This document shows positions 1-11,454 of a stretch of 64,000 bases of DNA, piece by piece. The number at the start of each line of letters is the position of its first letter. The stretch's first letter is position 1. Made by a program: the position numbers and the translations under genes. This stretch comes from Schizosaccharomyces osmophilus (taxonomy: Eukaryota), in assembly GCF_027921745.1 (NCBI RefSeq), contig NC_079240.1, positions 2,170,001-2,234,000 on the forward strand, written 5' to 3'. The notes beneath the pieces were generated by a model. That model ran no database searches and was not told where the DNA came from. It was given only the letters and a program-made list of their open reading frames with translations.

Positions 1-922
1 AACCGTCTTGGAAGAGAAATTGACTATCAAATATAACAAAAGGTATTTTCCAACTCTTTCTTGGTGGCTTTCAAGAATTTGTTGTTTACGGTCTGTTCTG
101 TTAGCATTGTGAAAGTACGACTTGAAATGAATCAACTATCACAGCATATGGATCCAGCCGATACTATAAGGTCAATTGAAAGATGGAATTTTTAGTCGCC
201 AACATGGGAAAAAGCGGAATCTGCTTCATTTTTAACTCCATTCTATTAGTACCGTTTTCATCGTTGCCTTTAATGTCTCGTATTGATCATGTTTTCCAAA
301 AAAACATCCGTAAAGGTAGAATGAAGATTCTACTTGTATACACTTGTTTGTTCATTCTTACGACAGATATATTTTCAACATTCTATTCACCACAGTATCC
401 AGTGCTACTAGAACATTACAAGACTAAAGAAGAGACATATTACAAATGGTATGCAAACTAAAGGTGAAGGGGAATTTTAGAAATGTGATTATCCTTTCGG
501 AGATGATTTCAGGAAGGAAGATGGAGAAGGAATAAATTCTATTTCTGGCAATATTCAGTTTAATTATTACAGTTTATGGAAGATGTGTAATAACACCAGT
601 AAGTACTCTCATTGATGTTTGAATATGTAAGTAATAATTAAGAGGTGTTGTTCTATACGTGATCAAAATGACAATGACTAATGCGTAAATAACAATGCTA
701 TGAAAGGAAAAGTGAAACGAATTAAAAGATTCACAAAAGAGAGAACGGAAAGCAAATAAACAATGACACATACAATCTGTCCTTGCTTGCTGCGTGCTAT
801 CCTTTTGGTACAAATATAAAAGCTTGAAGGCTTGCGTTTAGCACCACTATTCCCATAGATGGCGCGAAATTAAAAAGTAGTAAACCAGGTTCGGAGAGAA
901 TAAGAAAAAAAGGACAGAAACC

Positions 923-1990
923 TTAAACTTCACTTCTCTGCTCAGCAAGAGGTTGAAGTTTGATCTCTTCGTTTTCAGGTACTTCCTCTCTCTCATTTAT
1001 TTGTTCTAAATAGGTTAATGAGATGCTATGAAAGAAAAAACTACAAAACGTACATACCTGAAGTATGAGTCAAAAAGTTTCCTAAATAGCATAAGCCTTT
1101 TCCTATGCCTTTTCCTAAGCCGCTTACGCCTGTTTCTATGCCACTTACTAAATCAACGAAGATGAAGCCCATGCTTTTTATGCGTGCTTGGTTTTGCTAG
1201 GACAGTTAGAATAATTCGCAGATATATGACATACTCGTCAAAACAAGAAATAAGGCTATGCCAATGACACAAATAAACCGGTAACAAAAAGAATTCATAT
1301 TGTCAAACCCTATTAACTTTTTTATGTAATAGTATAAGACAAAACCGAGAACAATGAGTGTACCCAAAGAGAATGCTGCGATACACATATTGCACACAAG
1401 CTTTATGATTGCTCTTCCAGCTTGAGTGAACCATCCCGGATAGGTTATGAACGTCACAATTTATAAGTCAGTAGTTCAGAATTAAGGCATCGTTGACTTA
1501 CCAATTGCAATGGATTCAATAGAACTGCCAGCAAGCCCATTAAAAAAACTTTCGTATGCACAGAAACGTTGTAACCAAAAATTACGGCAAGAAAAAAATA
1601 TTGTTAATAATAGCTAGAGTAGCCGCTATGCCTCTGATAATGTGGTTCCAAAACTTTTGAGTCTCAGAAGGATCCGAGCTAGTATTATTAGCGGATTCTT
1701 GAGCGGATCCATCAGCCATTTCCAAATTAATGGATTTATACGAATCTAGTGGATGTATTTGAAGCAATTCTTTTCGTTGTATGCAAGAAGGATAAAGGTG
1801 TTAACCATGTTTGTTGACAGAGAACGGGAGCCAACCTTAAGCAAAGTGAAACAATTGACCTTTTCTGTTACATCTTACCTGAGTACGGAGGATGTGTGCC
1901 ATCTGTAGGGGACTGACTACCTGACTTTTCATCATTGAGCGTTTTAAGGGAGGCTTCCGAACTCGAAACAGGAGTATAACTATTCTTCAT
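923..1990 (-). pseudogene. wtf: wtf-family meiotic drive gene, pseudogene (5-exon type)
   Basis: Exon 1 (1990-1879) reads MKNSYTPVSSSEASLKTLNDEKSGSQSPTDGTHPPYS|GTAAGA, with a PY motif. Exon 2 from 1745 reads DSYKSINLEMADGSAQES and the last exon ends LQPLAEQRSEV*. Collinear with the copy at 9324-10407, but has frameshifts at the A7 runs 1592-1598 and 1542-1548, a stop at 1582-1584, and an intron-2 acceptor reading TTG instead of TAG (1457-1459). Confidence 0.85.
1808..1818 (-). promoter_or_regulatory. FLEX-like (Mei4/forkhead) element in wtf intron 1
   Basis: GTCAACAAACA on the minus strand, one mismatch to FLEX GTAAACAAACA; identical 11-mer in intron 1 of the second wtf copy. Confidence 0.55.
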
Positions 1991-2450
1991 CTTTACAAAG
2001 GCAAACCAAAAAACAAAAAAAGGATGGAGATTTACAGTCTAGGCAAAAATAACTAGAATCACCAAAGAAAGTCAGTAGAAACTGACTCCAGTTTTTGAGA
2101 AACAGCCGAAAGGAATTGAAAGCTCCTTTAAAATAAAAGCATGTTCTAAAACAAACTCCCGTTACAAAAGATGTCTGCTTGAAAAAGTCTTGGTAGTAAC
2201 TTTCTACATGTCTCATTCATAAAACAGTGACATTATGTCAGTGCCCTGGTTACAATTATTCAATGGTAGTATAGCATTTCTTTAGCCTTATATGTATTCT
2301 TCTAAAAGACTGTAAGAATATATTCGAAAACGAACTCGTTTAATTATATTACTAAACACAATATTACTAAACGTAAACAAACCCTGAAAAGGCAACTTCG
2401 GAATATAAATGCAGCAAATCTTTAATCAGATATTAATGATAGGTAGCAGC

Positions 2451-2831
2451 TTAGTTGTACTGGGAAAGTTCTATTAAGTTCGAATCAGGATCTCAAAGAT
2501 AGATGGACTCAATGAGTCCCTTAGCACCTGTACGCTGAACAAGTCCTACTTCAATAGGCAAGTGACGACGGCGTAATGTTTCAATGACAGTTTGTAATGG
2601 AATGCTACAAATAAAGCAAACGTCCGCGCTCCCAGGTGTTGGCAAACTAGCACGAGGCAAAATTGGAGATGCTTCCGCAACGTGAAGATTTATCTTTTGA
2701 TCTCCAAACGTTAAGGCTGTGCGCCCATCCCCAAAAGATTCCATACCCATTCCTAACCCTTTTCCATAAAAATCTAAAGTTCTTTCGAGGTTTCGAACTG
2801 TCAGTACAAAATGATCCACTCGATCAATCAT
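2451..2831 (-). pseudogene. VOC/glyoxalase-bleomycin resistance family protein (GLOD5-like), premature stop
   Basis: IDRVDHFVLTVRNLERTLDFY...FGDQKINLH...PTPGSADVCFI...RTGAKG.IESIYL*DPDSNLIELSQYN*. The TGA at 2493-2495 sits where R is expected in the family's YxRDPDGNLIE motif. Intronless. Confidence 0.8.
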
Positions 2832-5656
2832 AGTAGTTGAATCGTAAGCTCAAACGATTTTAGCGAATTTGTGATGATGCAGGTTTAGACATGCTTTTTC
2901 CAAGTAGGATTTTTCCTAATGGCCGTTTGCGCAACCTGTCCTCGCTTCTTATGACTTTTTTACTGTATCCGAGTAGGACTAATTATAAATGCAAAAACAA
3001 AGAATTCATGTAAAGTTTCTTCTTGTTCTTGTGGATATAATACCGGAGGTTTTGTATGCTCAAGTTTACAACGGGATTAGCAAACGTACTTTGTGGAAAC
3101 GACCTGGAAGGATACTGTATTGATGGGAACCGAATATGAGAAAGTTGTCCAGTATATAATTTTGCTCAAATGAGCAGAAGAACGTTTCTCTCTTTAAAAC
3201 TCTTTGCTTGTTCTATAATCAGTGTTGACACCTCTGAAACATTTTCGTTTTCACTAAGTATCTCGAGCCGTCTAATCAATAAAAACTTGATGAATAATAG
3301 TTTCGTGGTCATATTCTCTCTATCGTTTCATGCTATGGCCGCCATAGAAAGTACCTCTGAGAGGATCCCAGTTCTCTGGGAACGGCCTAAATAGAAAATA
3401 GCTATACCTCTGAAATATCACAACTGAAAATTAGAAATGCTTATCTTATAACTCGAATTGCCAGATCTGTTAATTGTCTTTTTCCAAATTTGCCATTGCA
3501 ATGCAACTAAACATCGAAGAGGTTATCAATGTCCTTTGACTGAGCTTAGAAAATTTTTTATGACCTTTTTTCTTCATCGGCGACTTTGCTTGCACTAATT
3601 TTGGCAACGTTAACATGTCCTAGCAAAACCGGGGATCATTCTGACTTGCTGTATTGCTGAACAGAAGACTTGATTATATCTATAATATGGTATAGCGACA
3701 AAGCGAAAGAAAGAATATCTTCATATAAAATTAGCAAAAAGGGATGAGGTATCCTATACCTGATCAGAGCGAGACAAATGTCCTTTTTGGTTTAGCTAGT
3801 CCTTCTTAGTCCTTAACTAAGTCCCTTAAGGTGCACGATTTCGCAAGCGATGTTTTCTTCTTCTTTGGTACTCACTGCTTACATTGGTGAAAGCAAATCT
3901 CCAAGGTAATGCTACACATTTTGGATTTCCTTGGGATTCTTCTCATATCAATTACTTCAGTTTTCAATTCGAGTTGACTGCACTTGGGTGAATGCCAGTG
4001 AGGAACTTCCGATATCCAATACTATTCAAAGTTTTGCAAGATCAGGTGGAGGAATAGCCATCGCTTATTTTCATGCCGAAGAATGCGCATCAGTAATTGA
4101 TAATGGCTATTCAATGAAGAACGTTTTCCCAAGAGCTTATCGGGTGTGCAGTCAATGTATGAAAAATCAAGGCTCTTGTTCTATCTTAAATTACATTTTT
4201 CCCGACCAAAGGGATATCTTTATTAATCCATATTCTTCAAATGGTACTTTTTTCGGCAGCTTTACCTTTTAATCTAGCTTTCTCATCGTTGCCGAATCAA
4301 TTGAGAAATCAAGATACGAAGTGTAAATGCCCTTATTGTGCTAGATGAGGTATTAAGCAAAATATAAAGGCTTAGTAAAAAATGGTATTACTTTGAAGAC
4401 ACTCATTGTTGTTCATGATTATTCGTGAACTAAATACAACCTCGCATTCTTATTGATGATACCCAATTACCGATTGTTGAGAGAGTCGTATAAATGAACA
4501 TACATAAAAATATGAACGATCCATTCCAACAATATAGCTTCTGATTTTTTCTCTACGCAAGGAATTCTGAGATGATTAAAGCTTGATGTCTGTTGAAAAT
4601 TAATCAATGACGACCAACAGGAAGGCGAACTATTTTTGGCAGATTAAGTAAAAACGTTCTATTCGAGAAATGTGGCTACAATAATGATCATTCCTTTCAA
4701 ATTCAAGAAACATATAAACAGTTGCGAAATCGAATCTTGTCACTCAAAAGACGTTACTTTAATTTACGATAAGTTAGACTTAAACGAAAGCTTGATTAAT
4801 TGCGTCGGCCATTCGCATATATTCGTCAAGAGAGTAAGTAATTTTTGAAGCAAATAACTTCATTTTTCCTTCATTTCTTTGGCGATTGAGCTGATTTTAA
4901 GATTGTTTTTTTATCTCTAGAGAAACACTGGAATAGTTCTTGCTTTGTGCTTTATTCCTTTCAATTTCTCCTTTGGTGGAGATTTGTGAACACTCTCACA
5001 ATCTTTCCATTCAAGGCGGATTCACAGTTTTTTGAACCTCTTCTCCAGGTCACTTTTTTTGAATGGTGCTAATCATCTATGGGAAGGTCGGAAGAGAAAC
5101 CTACCTTGGATCCAAGCGATCCTACTGGGCACGGTCTTGACCATACTTTCAACGTTAAAATTGGATGGGCTGTTAGTGCAGTATATTAGGCTAATTACTT
5201 CTATCTAAATTTTATTCCTTGATGCAAAGGTCAAGCACCCAATTAGGAATACGTTTTTATTTATGCTTCCAAACTTATCAAACGGACAATATAATAATTC
5301 CTTTATTTGTAAATATGAAGGTAAAATAAGAATTACAAACCGAACTAATTGCTCCAACTATTTAGGTTAGTTCTATTTGGTTTCTTATCTTTCCTCCTCG
5401 TCAATTTCCAGTCTTATTTAAGAGTTCATCGTAAGAGTTATTTACTTCTTGATTTAAATTACAATTGAACGCGATCGTTTTCTTTCTTTTTTTTCTGTTA
5501 CTAATCCAATAGACCAACAGCGTTACTTCACAGGTAACCATTCGTTGCATTAGTAGGTGATTGCACGTTTATTTTATGTGAAGATATTAAAAAAAAGGTG
5601 AAAATTACTACTAAAGTTTATAATGAGTCACTTTAAATATACGCACAAAAAGAGGA

Positions 5657-5775
5657 AGCCTACAGCACCCCGGATTCCCATGTTGTCTCCAACCATAGTA
5701 CTAACGAGGCCCTCAGACGCTTAACTGCAGTGATCGGACGGGAACTGGTGTTTTCGCCTAGGTGTGGCCGTAGAC
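5657..5775 (-). rRNA. 5S rRNA gene (dispersed copy)
   Basis: 119 nt, GTCTACGGCCACACCTAGGCGAAAACACCAGTTCCCGTCCGATC...GGGGTGCTGTAGGCT, nearly identical to S. pombe 5S as recalled; T5 pol III terminator just downstream (5647-5651). Confidence 0.97.
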
Positions 5776-6199
5776 AATGATTTACTTTGTAAAAGCAATA
5801 AGAGCAGTTCGTCTTGTTGTAGTTGATGTTCTTTAGCGTTGTGTCAACTTGATGTCCTTTAAGATCCAATTCAACTCAGCTCTATTTTTGGTTTTTCACA
5901 GCTGAATGGAAGCTGTTTTGTTTAATTAATAAATGACAAAAGGGCTAAAAACAAGCTAATTTCTCTTTTCTATTGATTCACATTGCGCGTAGACGACCAA
6001 GTAAAGGTAACGTCGCACAGAATAGAGTTGGAATATGCGAGAACGTTCGTTACTTTTCATCATACAAAAGAGGAAATAGATGATTTTTCTAGAGATATCG
6101 CGAATGACGAGTGAAGCTATAGTAAACAAAAGGATTCAAGGAAAAAAAAAAGCAGAAAATGGCATTTTCTTATTCAGATTGAAAAGAAAGAACTAAAAC

Positions 6200-6326
6200 A
6201 TGACGTGAGAGATAAATGAAATACACGGAAATTCGTGGAATCCCGGTGGTGGCCAAGTGGCCGCATCTAGAAAGTACTAGGGCTCTAAAGAAGTGATCGA
6301 ATCATCCTTGTGTTCACTTATAAATA
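6200..6326 (+). promoter_or_regulatory. hsp16 promoter: CRE/M26 site and TATA box
   Basis: ATGACGT at 6200-6206 (Atf1-Pcr1/M26 heptamer), TATAAATA at 6319-6326, and several GAA/TTC HSE-like units between about 6040 and 6275. Confidence 0.6.
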
Positions 6327-6422
6327 GGAGTGCAGTAGAGGAGATTCAACAACATTGACAAAAAAGAAATAGAATATAAGGATTCTTTGATTGCTATTTA
6401 TAATCAACAAGCGCTATCTACA

Positions 6423-6854
6423 ATGTCTCTTCAACCTTTCTTCGAGTTGCACCCTTTCCAAGACGTCTTTTCTGACTTTCTGAGTTATTCTCCTCGTGTC
6501 CAACGCCAAAATCGTGTTGGCGATTTGTCACCTGCCATTGATGTTCACGAAGGCAAAGATACCGTCGAAGTGGATGTAGAACTTCCTGGTGTCAAAAAGC
6601 AAGACGTTCAAGTTCATTACGACGAAGGAAAACTTACCATTTCTGGTGAATCTGTGAATGAGCGCAAGAGCGAAGGCGACAAGGGAAACCAAAGATGGTC
6701 GGAACGTCGCTTTGGTTCCTTTTCCCGAACAATCACCATTCCAAACAAGGTAGATGCCGATCGTATTGAAGCTCAGTTTAACCACGGTATTCTAAGCGTT
6801 GTCTTGCCCAAGATCGAGGAATCCCGTTCCAAGAAGCAAATCGCCATTAACTGA
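6423..6854 (+). CDS. hsp16: small heat shock protein Hsp16 (alpha-crystallin domain)
   Basis: From ATG 6423: MSLQPFF...DVHEGKDTVEVDVELPGVKK...WSERRFGSFSRTITIP...; 143 aa, closely matching S. pombe Hsp16. Confidence 0.93.
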   Translation: MSLQPFFELHPFQDVFSDFLSYSPRVQRQNRVGDLSPAIDVHEGKDTVEVDVELPGVKKQDVQVHYDEGKLTISGESVNERKSEGDKGNQRWSERRFGSFSRTITIPNKVDADRIEAQFNHGILSVVLPKIEESRSKKQIAIN

Positions 6855-7340
6855 ATCTGACTGATCAGAGATTACGAACTGAATTGGAATATTATAACGC
6901 ATACAACTGAATGATGAGTTTACTACCATACGGTTTTATTAATTTGGTATTGGCATTGTTAATGAAGAATAATTTATGAATGAACAAATGAATAAAATAT
7001 ATATTTAATGATTTGATAAATGAGACTTTTGTGTATGGTGTAACCATAGAAGTGAAAATGAAATTGTAATTCTTTTGAATCGTTATATTACGCTGATTCC
7101 TGTACTTATAGTTACTGAGCGATGTTTTCGAGATGAATAGAGATGCTTATATGTAGTTATTTTCGAATTACTCTACTGAATGGCTTCCTCTCTTGGTACA
7201 ACCTAATGGTGAAAGCTTTATAGCTTAAGAGTAGACAAGACGTTTGCCATAGTACGCATTTCAAAAAAATCCTTTACAAATGAATGAAGCTTTACTTTTT
7301 GCAAATATTGTGTCACTAAAATTTAATACCCACTAGCAAC

Positions 7341-7787
7341 TCAGATAAACATGTCATAAGAAGTTAAGCTAAGAGTCTGAATAGAAGCTACTTCAAAAAA
7401 CCAAATGAGGCAACTACAAAAGAGAGGATATTGCTTTAAGAATTTGACTATGGAAATGAATTCCTTCGATTGAGTATATATTTCCTCATCACGCTCAGGA
7501 TTGCCTATGTTGATGTGGTAACCCCCGCCAGTAGGCCAGTTGGTAGTATTAGTGGTATAGCAGCCATCTGAGACAGAAACGGTCACAAGGGTTTTGGAAA
7601 AGGGAAGATATCTGAAATAGTTGCCAAGATAGATTCCTACAATTTTTTTGTCTGTATCCGCAAAGTTCCAGCTGATCGTGTAATCCTTGCCAGCTTACCA
7701 CATTTGAAAAGTGGTAGGAGAGGTAATTTGTATAGCCATAGAACAGCCGATAAAAGAAAAGAATGTAAGTTTTGACAATATCATCAT
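7341..7787 (-). pseudogene. secreted Kre9/Knh1-like (Ser/Thr-rich GPI-anchored family) domain protein, in-frame stop
   Basis: Signal peptide MMILSKLTFFSFIGCSMA, then IQITSPTTFQMW*AGKDYTISW...GGGYHINIG...IYTQSKEF, matching the family pattern; TAA at 7695-7697; no Ser/Thr tail. Confidence 0.6.
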
Positions 7788-9323
7788 GTTGGATGGAAAC
7801 GAGAAAGGAAATTAGAAAACAGAAGATTCAGTTAGGAATGTGTTGGAAAAGTTTGTTTCTGTACTAGTTGAAGGCACAGGGATGCTACGAAGAAAGAGCT
7901 AAAAATATGGATATAATAATGTTAATGATAACAGCTGCCCTCTTATTTGGTGGGATCAAGAACATTTTTGGTCTATACATTCAACGTAAACAATCCTGCC
8001 TATAGACGAACAAATCACTGTGTCTAAAACTTGATCAAAGAACAACATTCGTTATGAGTTAGTTATTCCTTGAGAGTTAAGGAATAAACAGAAAACAAAA
8101 CATTGCCTCGACTAAAAAATTAAAAAAACGATGACTGCAGGAGTAATTTTTTGGTGATTATATGTGTGACCGTTTGGAAAAATATCAAACGCTAAGATTA
8201 AAGTCAGTTTTCATGATGGGGGAGACATAAATTTTATAATCAACTTTGAAATCCATGTATACTATGTCGCCAAATGGAATAGCCAAACTATGGATTAGCG
8301 AAATTAAGTAGCCGATGGTGCATCTATATACTCGGCAAATGAGTAAGTATTTGAAAAGAACCGCCAAGTAGCTACTTTTAATTTGGTTTCTTCTGTTTCA
8401 ACTACATATCGGAAACATAACTGAATCATCCTTAATGCTACCTTGTGTTTTAGTAGATTTCGAGTGTTTGGAAAATAACAGTGGCCGCGGGTCAAGACTA
8501 AATATAGTATTATAATTTATACGAGAATCACTAGCACTGAAATAAAAACAACGGAGGTTTGAACCTTCCAAAAAGGGAATATGCTTTATAGTGTTTGTCA
8601 CAGGCGAGATCTCACTTGTTATGAGAATAAGTGTTCAGTGGAAATAAATATACAACTTACAAGGAATTATATTAGAGTTAAAAGCTTTAATACTACGAGA
8701 AAAGGATAGTAAGAACTTCCAGGGACCTGATTCACTAATTAAGTTGTACAAGGCAATTTTTATAGCTAGATCAGTCAAATCTTCCAATCTGAAGGTTTGT
8801 GCTTCTACGCCGGGTATGTTATATCTCTCAAAGTAAATAACGGAAACCAAAATTGTCAACAAACAAGAGCTTACTTTATGGTGTTGACTAGTCACAATTA
8901 CAAGTAGTATGCAAACAAAAGGTGAAGGAAAACTTTAGGAATATGAGTATCCTTTATTCTCATTTCAAGAGATTATCTGTAATGAACCATGTCTCTGTTG
9001 ATACTCGCATTCGTGCTTGTGATTTATGAAAGACATGCAAATACACGACACAGTAAAGTAAAACACTAGTTAGTTACGATGAAATTTCCGTCAATATGTA
9101 AATTATTATTAAAAATGGTGTTCTATCCAGGGAGAAAACGAACGATGCTGTGTAACGAATTAAGAAATTATTGAAAGAGTGATTTAACAGTAAACAGACT
9201 TCTCTGGACTTATCCGATCCTTACTTTTGTGGACTGCGATTGACATGGATGATCCCAAAGAAGGGGTGAAGTACAAAGAACTAAAGTAGGTTCGGTAAGA
9301 TAGTAGAAAAATGGAGCGAAAGC

Positions 9324-10407
9324 TCAAGCATTAGCACTTTGCTCAGCAAGAGGTTGAAATTCGATTTCTTCGTTACGAGGTGGACCATTCCTGCTAATTC
9401 TGTTGATCTGCAAGGTTAGTGAGAAATCCTAGATTTACAAAACTAAATTCCGCTTACTGTAGGTGGGATAAGAGTCATATTTTCAAATGCATTTGGGTTT
9501 CCTAAAGAAGTTAGAAAGGTTGATAGAAAATTGCAACTTACGAATGAGAAGAACAAACAAGCATATGTTCAGTACAGCTAAAACGATCAACACCACAGCT
9601 GAATGTATATATTCAAAGCTTCCTGATAATTTTAAAGCACCACCCCCAACTCCATTGAAAATAATGAGTGTAATTAGGGCTTTACACACAGCTGGCGCTC
9701 CTCCACCTTTCTTAATGTACTTCTTTGTTGCTCTTCCAGCTTGCGTGTACCATTCCGGATAGGTTACAAGAATCGCTAAAAATAAGTCAGTTGGTTGAAA
9801 ACAAGAAATTGTTGACTTACTAAATAGGAAAATAAAAATGGATCCAATAGAACCGCCAGCAAGCCCGTAAAAAACATTCGTATACGGAGAAACCTTGTAA
9901 CCAAAAACTATGGCTAGAAAAACAGTATTATATAAAATAGCTATAATAGTCATTATGCCTACGGAAAAGTCTTTCCACCACTCTTTATTCGTTAAAGGGT
10001 CCGACCTGATGTTATTAACAGATTCTTGGGCGGAATTCTGAGCGGATCCATCAGCCATTTCTAAATCGATAAATTTGTTTGAAGCTAATGAATGTATTAG
10101 TAATAATTCGTTGTTTGTGAAAGGATAGAGGTATTCGCCCTGTTTGTTGACAGTTATCGACAAGGTGATTCATTTCAAACCCAACAATCAAATAAACAAG
10201 CATGATTCTTCCATCAGAACTCCCTTTAATCAAAATCTTTTAAACACGCACCCAAAGAATCAAGCTTTCCTTTCTATTTCAACTAATCTTACCTGAATAC
10301 GGAGGAGGCGTACCATCAGAAGGAGACGACCGACTATCTGCCTTTTCATCACTGAGCGTTTTGGAAGAGTCATCAGAATCTGAAATAGGAGTATATTTGT
10401 TTTTCAT
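9324..10407 (-). CDS. wtf: intact 5-exon wtf-family transmembrane protein (poison-antidote meiotic driver candidate), 246 aa
   Basis: Exons 10407-10293, 10084-9821, 9775-9542, 9501-9458 and 9407-9324. All introns are GT..AG with branch-like sites and phases are consistent (741 nt). Exon 1 MKNKYTPISDSD...TPPPYS carries a PY motif; in-frame ATG at 10058 early in exon 2; several hydrophobic segments. Confidence 0.88.
10141..10151 (-). promoter_or_regulatory. FLEX-like element in wtf intron 1 (putative poison-isoform promoter)
   Basis: GTCAACAAACA about 85 nt upstream of the exon-2 ATG (10058), conserved with copy 1. Confidence 0.6.
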
Positions 10408-11454
10408 ATTCACAATGGCAATTAGAGCCCAAAATAACACCAATAGTTACACTCTAAACGTCAATTTTTGAACCATCAAGAAAAGTCCGTAGGAACTGGT
10501 TTCAGTTTCCACAGATCTGTCAGAAATCTGTCAGAAAAAGGAATTGGTCCTTGCTTAAAAGCAAAATTTGTTTTGCAAGATTAGTTTGCTTAAAACCAAA
10601 GATACGAGTTTGAAAAAACCTTGGTAATGGCTTTTCGCATGTCTCAATTCATAAAGCTGCGACATTATGTCACTGACTGGTCACAGTCCTCGTTACGATT
10701 ATTCAACGTTGGTTTTTTATTGCGATTTTTCTAAATAGTATAATCCAAAAGAGTCGTCGTTTATTACAAAAAGTAAACAAAGGAACATTTGGCAAAACAA
10801 CCATGCTGTTTGCTTAAATTATAAAAACAGGATTAGAAATGCATATCTTTGTATTGGAAGTTTCCGTGACTTTGGCTTAACAGGTTTTACAGTTTTCATT
10901 TCGTTAATTAGATCCTAAACTTGAGAATAATTGGTCCACTGGTATAAAAGCAGAATCCCAATTGAATGAAAATATGATTATTTACACAATCAGTCATTTA
11001 ACAAGAAAGCGAATGGGAAAGGTTCGACGCTTGTTTTATAATGTTCCCAAGACCCATCAGAAGTGTCATACAATACTTGTGTAGCTGTAAATATGGAAAA
11101 TCATAATGAACGACATTTATAGTGACTAGTACATCTTTATTTAATTTATTTTAATCACACGATAGAAACAAACAAAAGCGATTTCGGACTGTTCATTCAT
11201 TGTAAATATATATAGAATAGCGTACGCTTACTAGCTATCGGTATGTGTGTCAGAGAGGGTGGAAGACAGTTTCACCTCTGCAAAACTCTAGCCATTGCCA
11301 TTGTGGACTCGATTCATGTAGTTTGGAGTTGTTACAAAGTAGATTTATATTAAGCTTATTAGTCGGATCAGATGTGTGCTATTGTTTTGAAAGTTCTGAC
11401 ATGAATTTGGGTGTTTACTGCCTGTTTGAGTAGGTTTTGAAGGAATTTCAGAAA

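Noticed and set aside
3931..4272. 113-aa ORF and surrounding 3.0-5.3 kb sequence
   Set aside because: TTG start and no recognisable motif on either strand; possibly decayed coding DNA but unassignable.
8185..8895. Possible retrotransposon or other remnant among short ORFs
   Set aside because: No convincing RT, integrase or LTR (TG...CA, target-site duplication) signature found.
9483..10163. 226-aa ORF taken as a stand-alone gene
   Set aside because: It is wtf exons 2-3 read through a 45-nt in-frame intron, with a non-ATG start inside intron 1.
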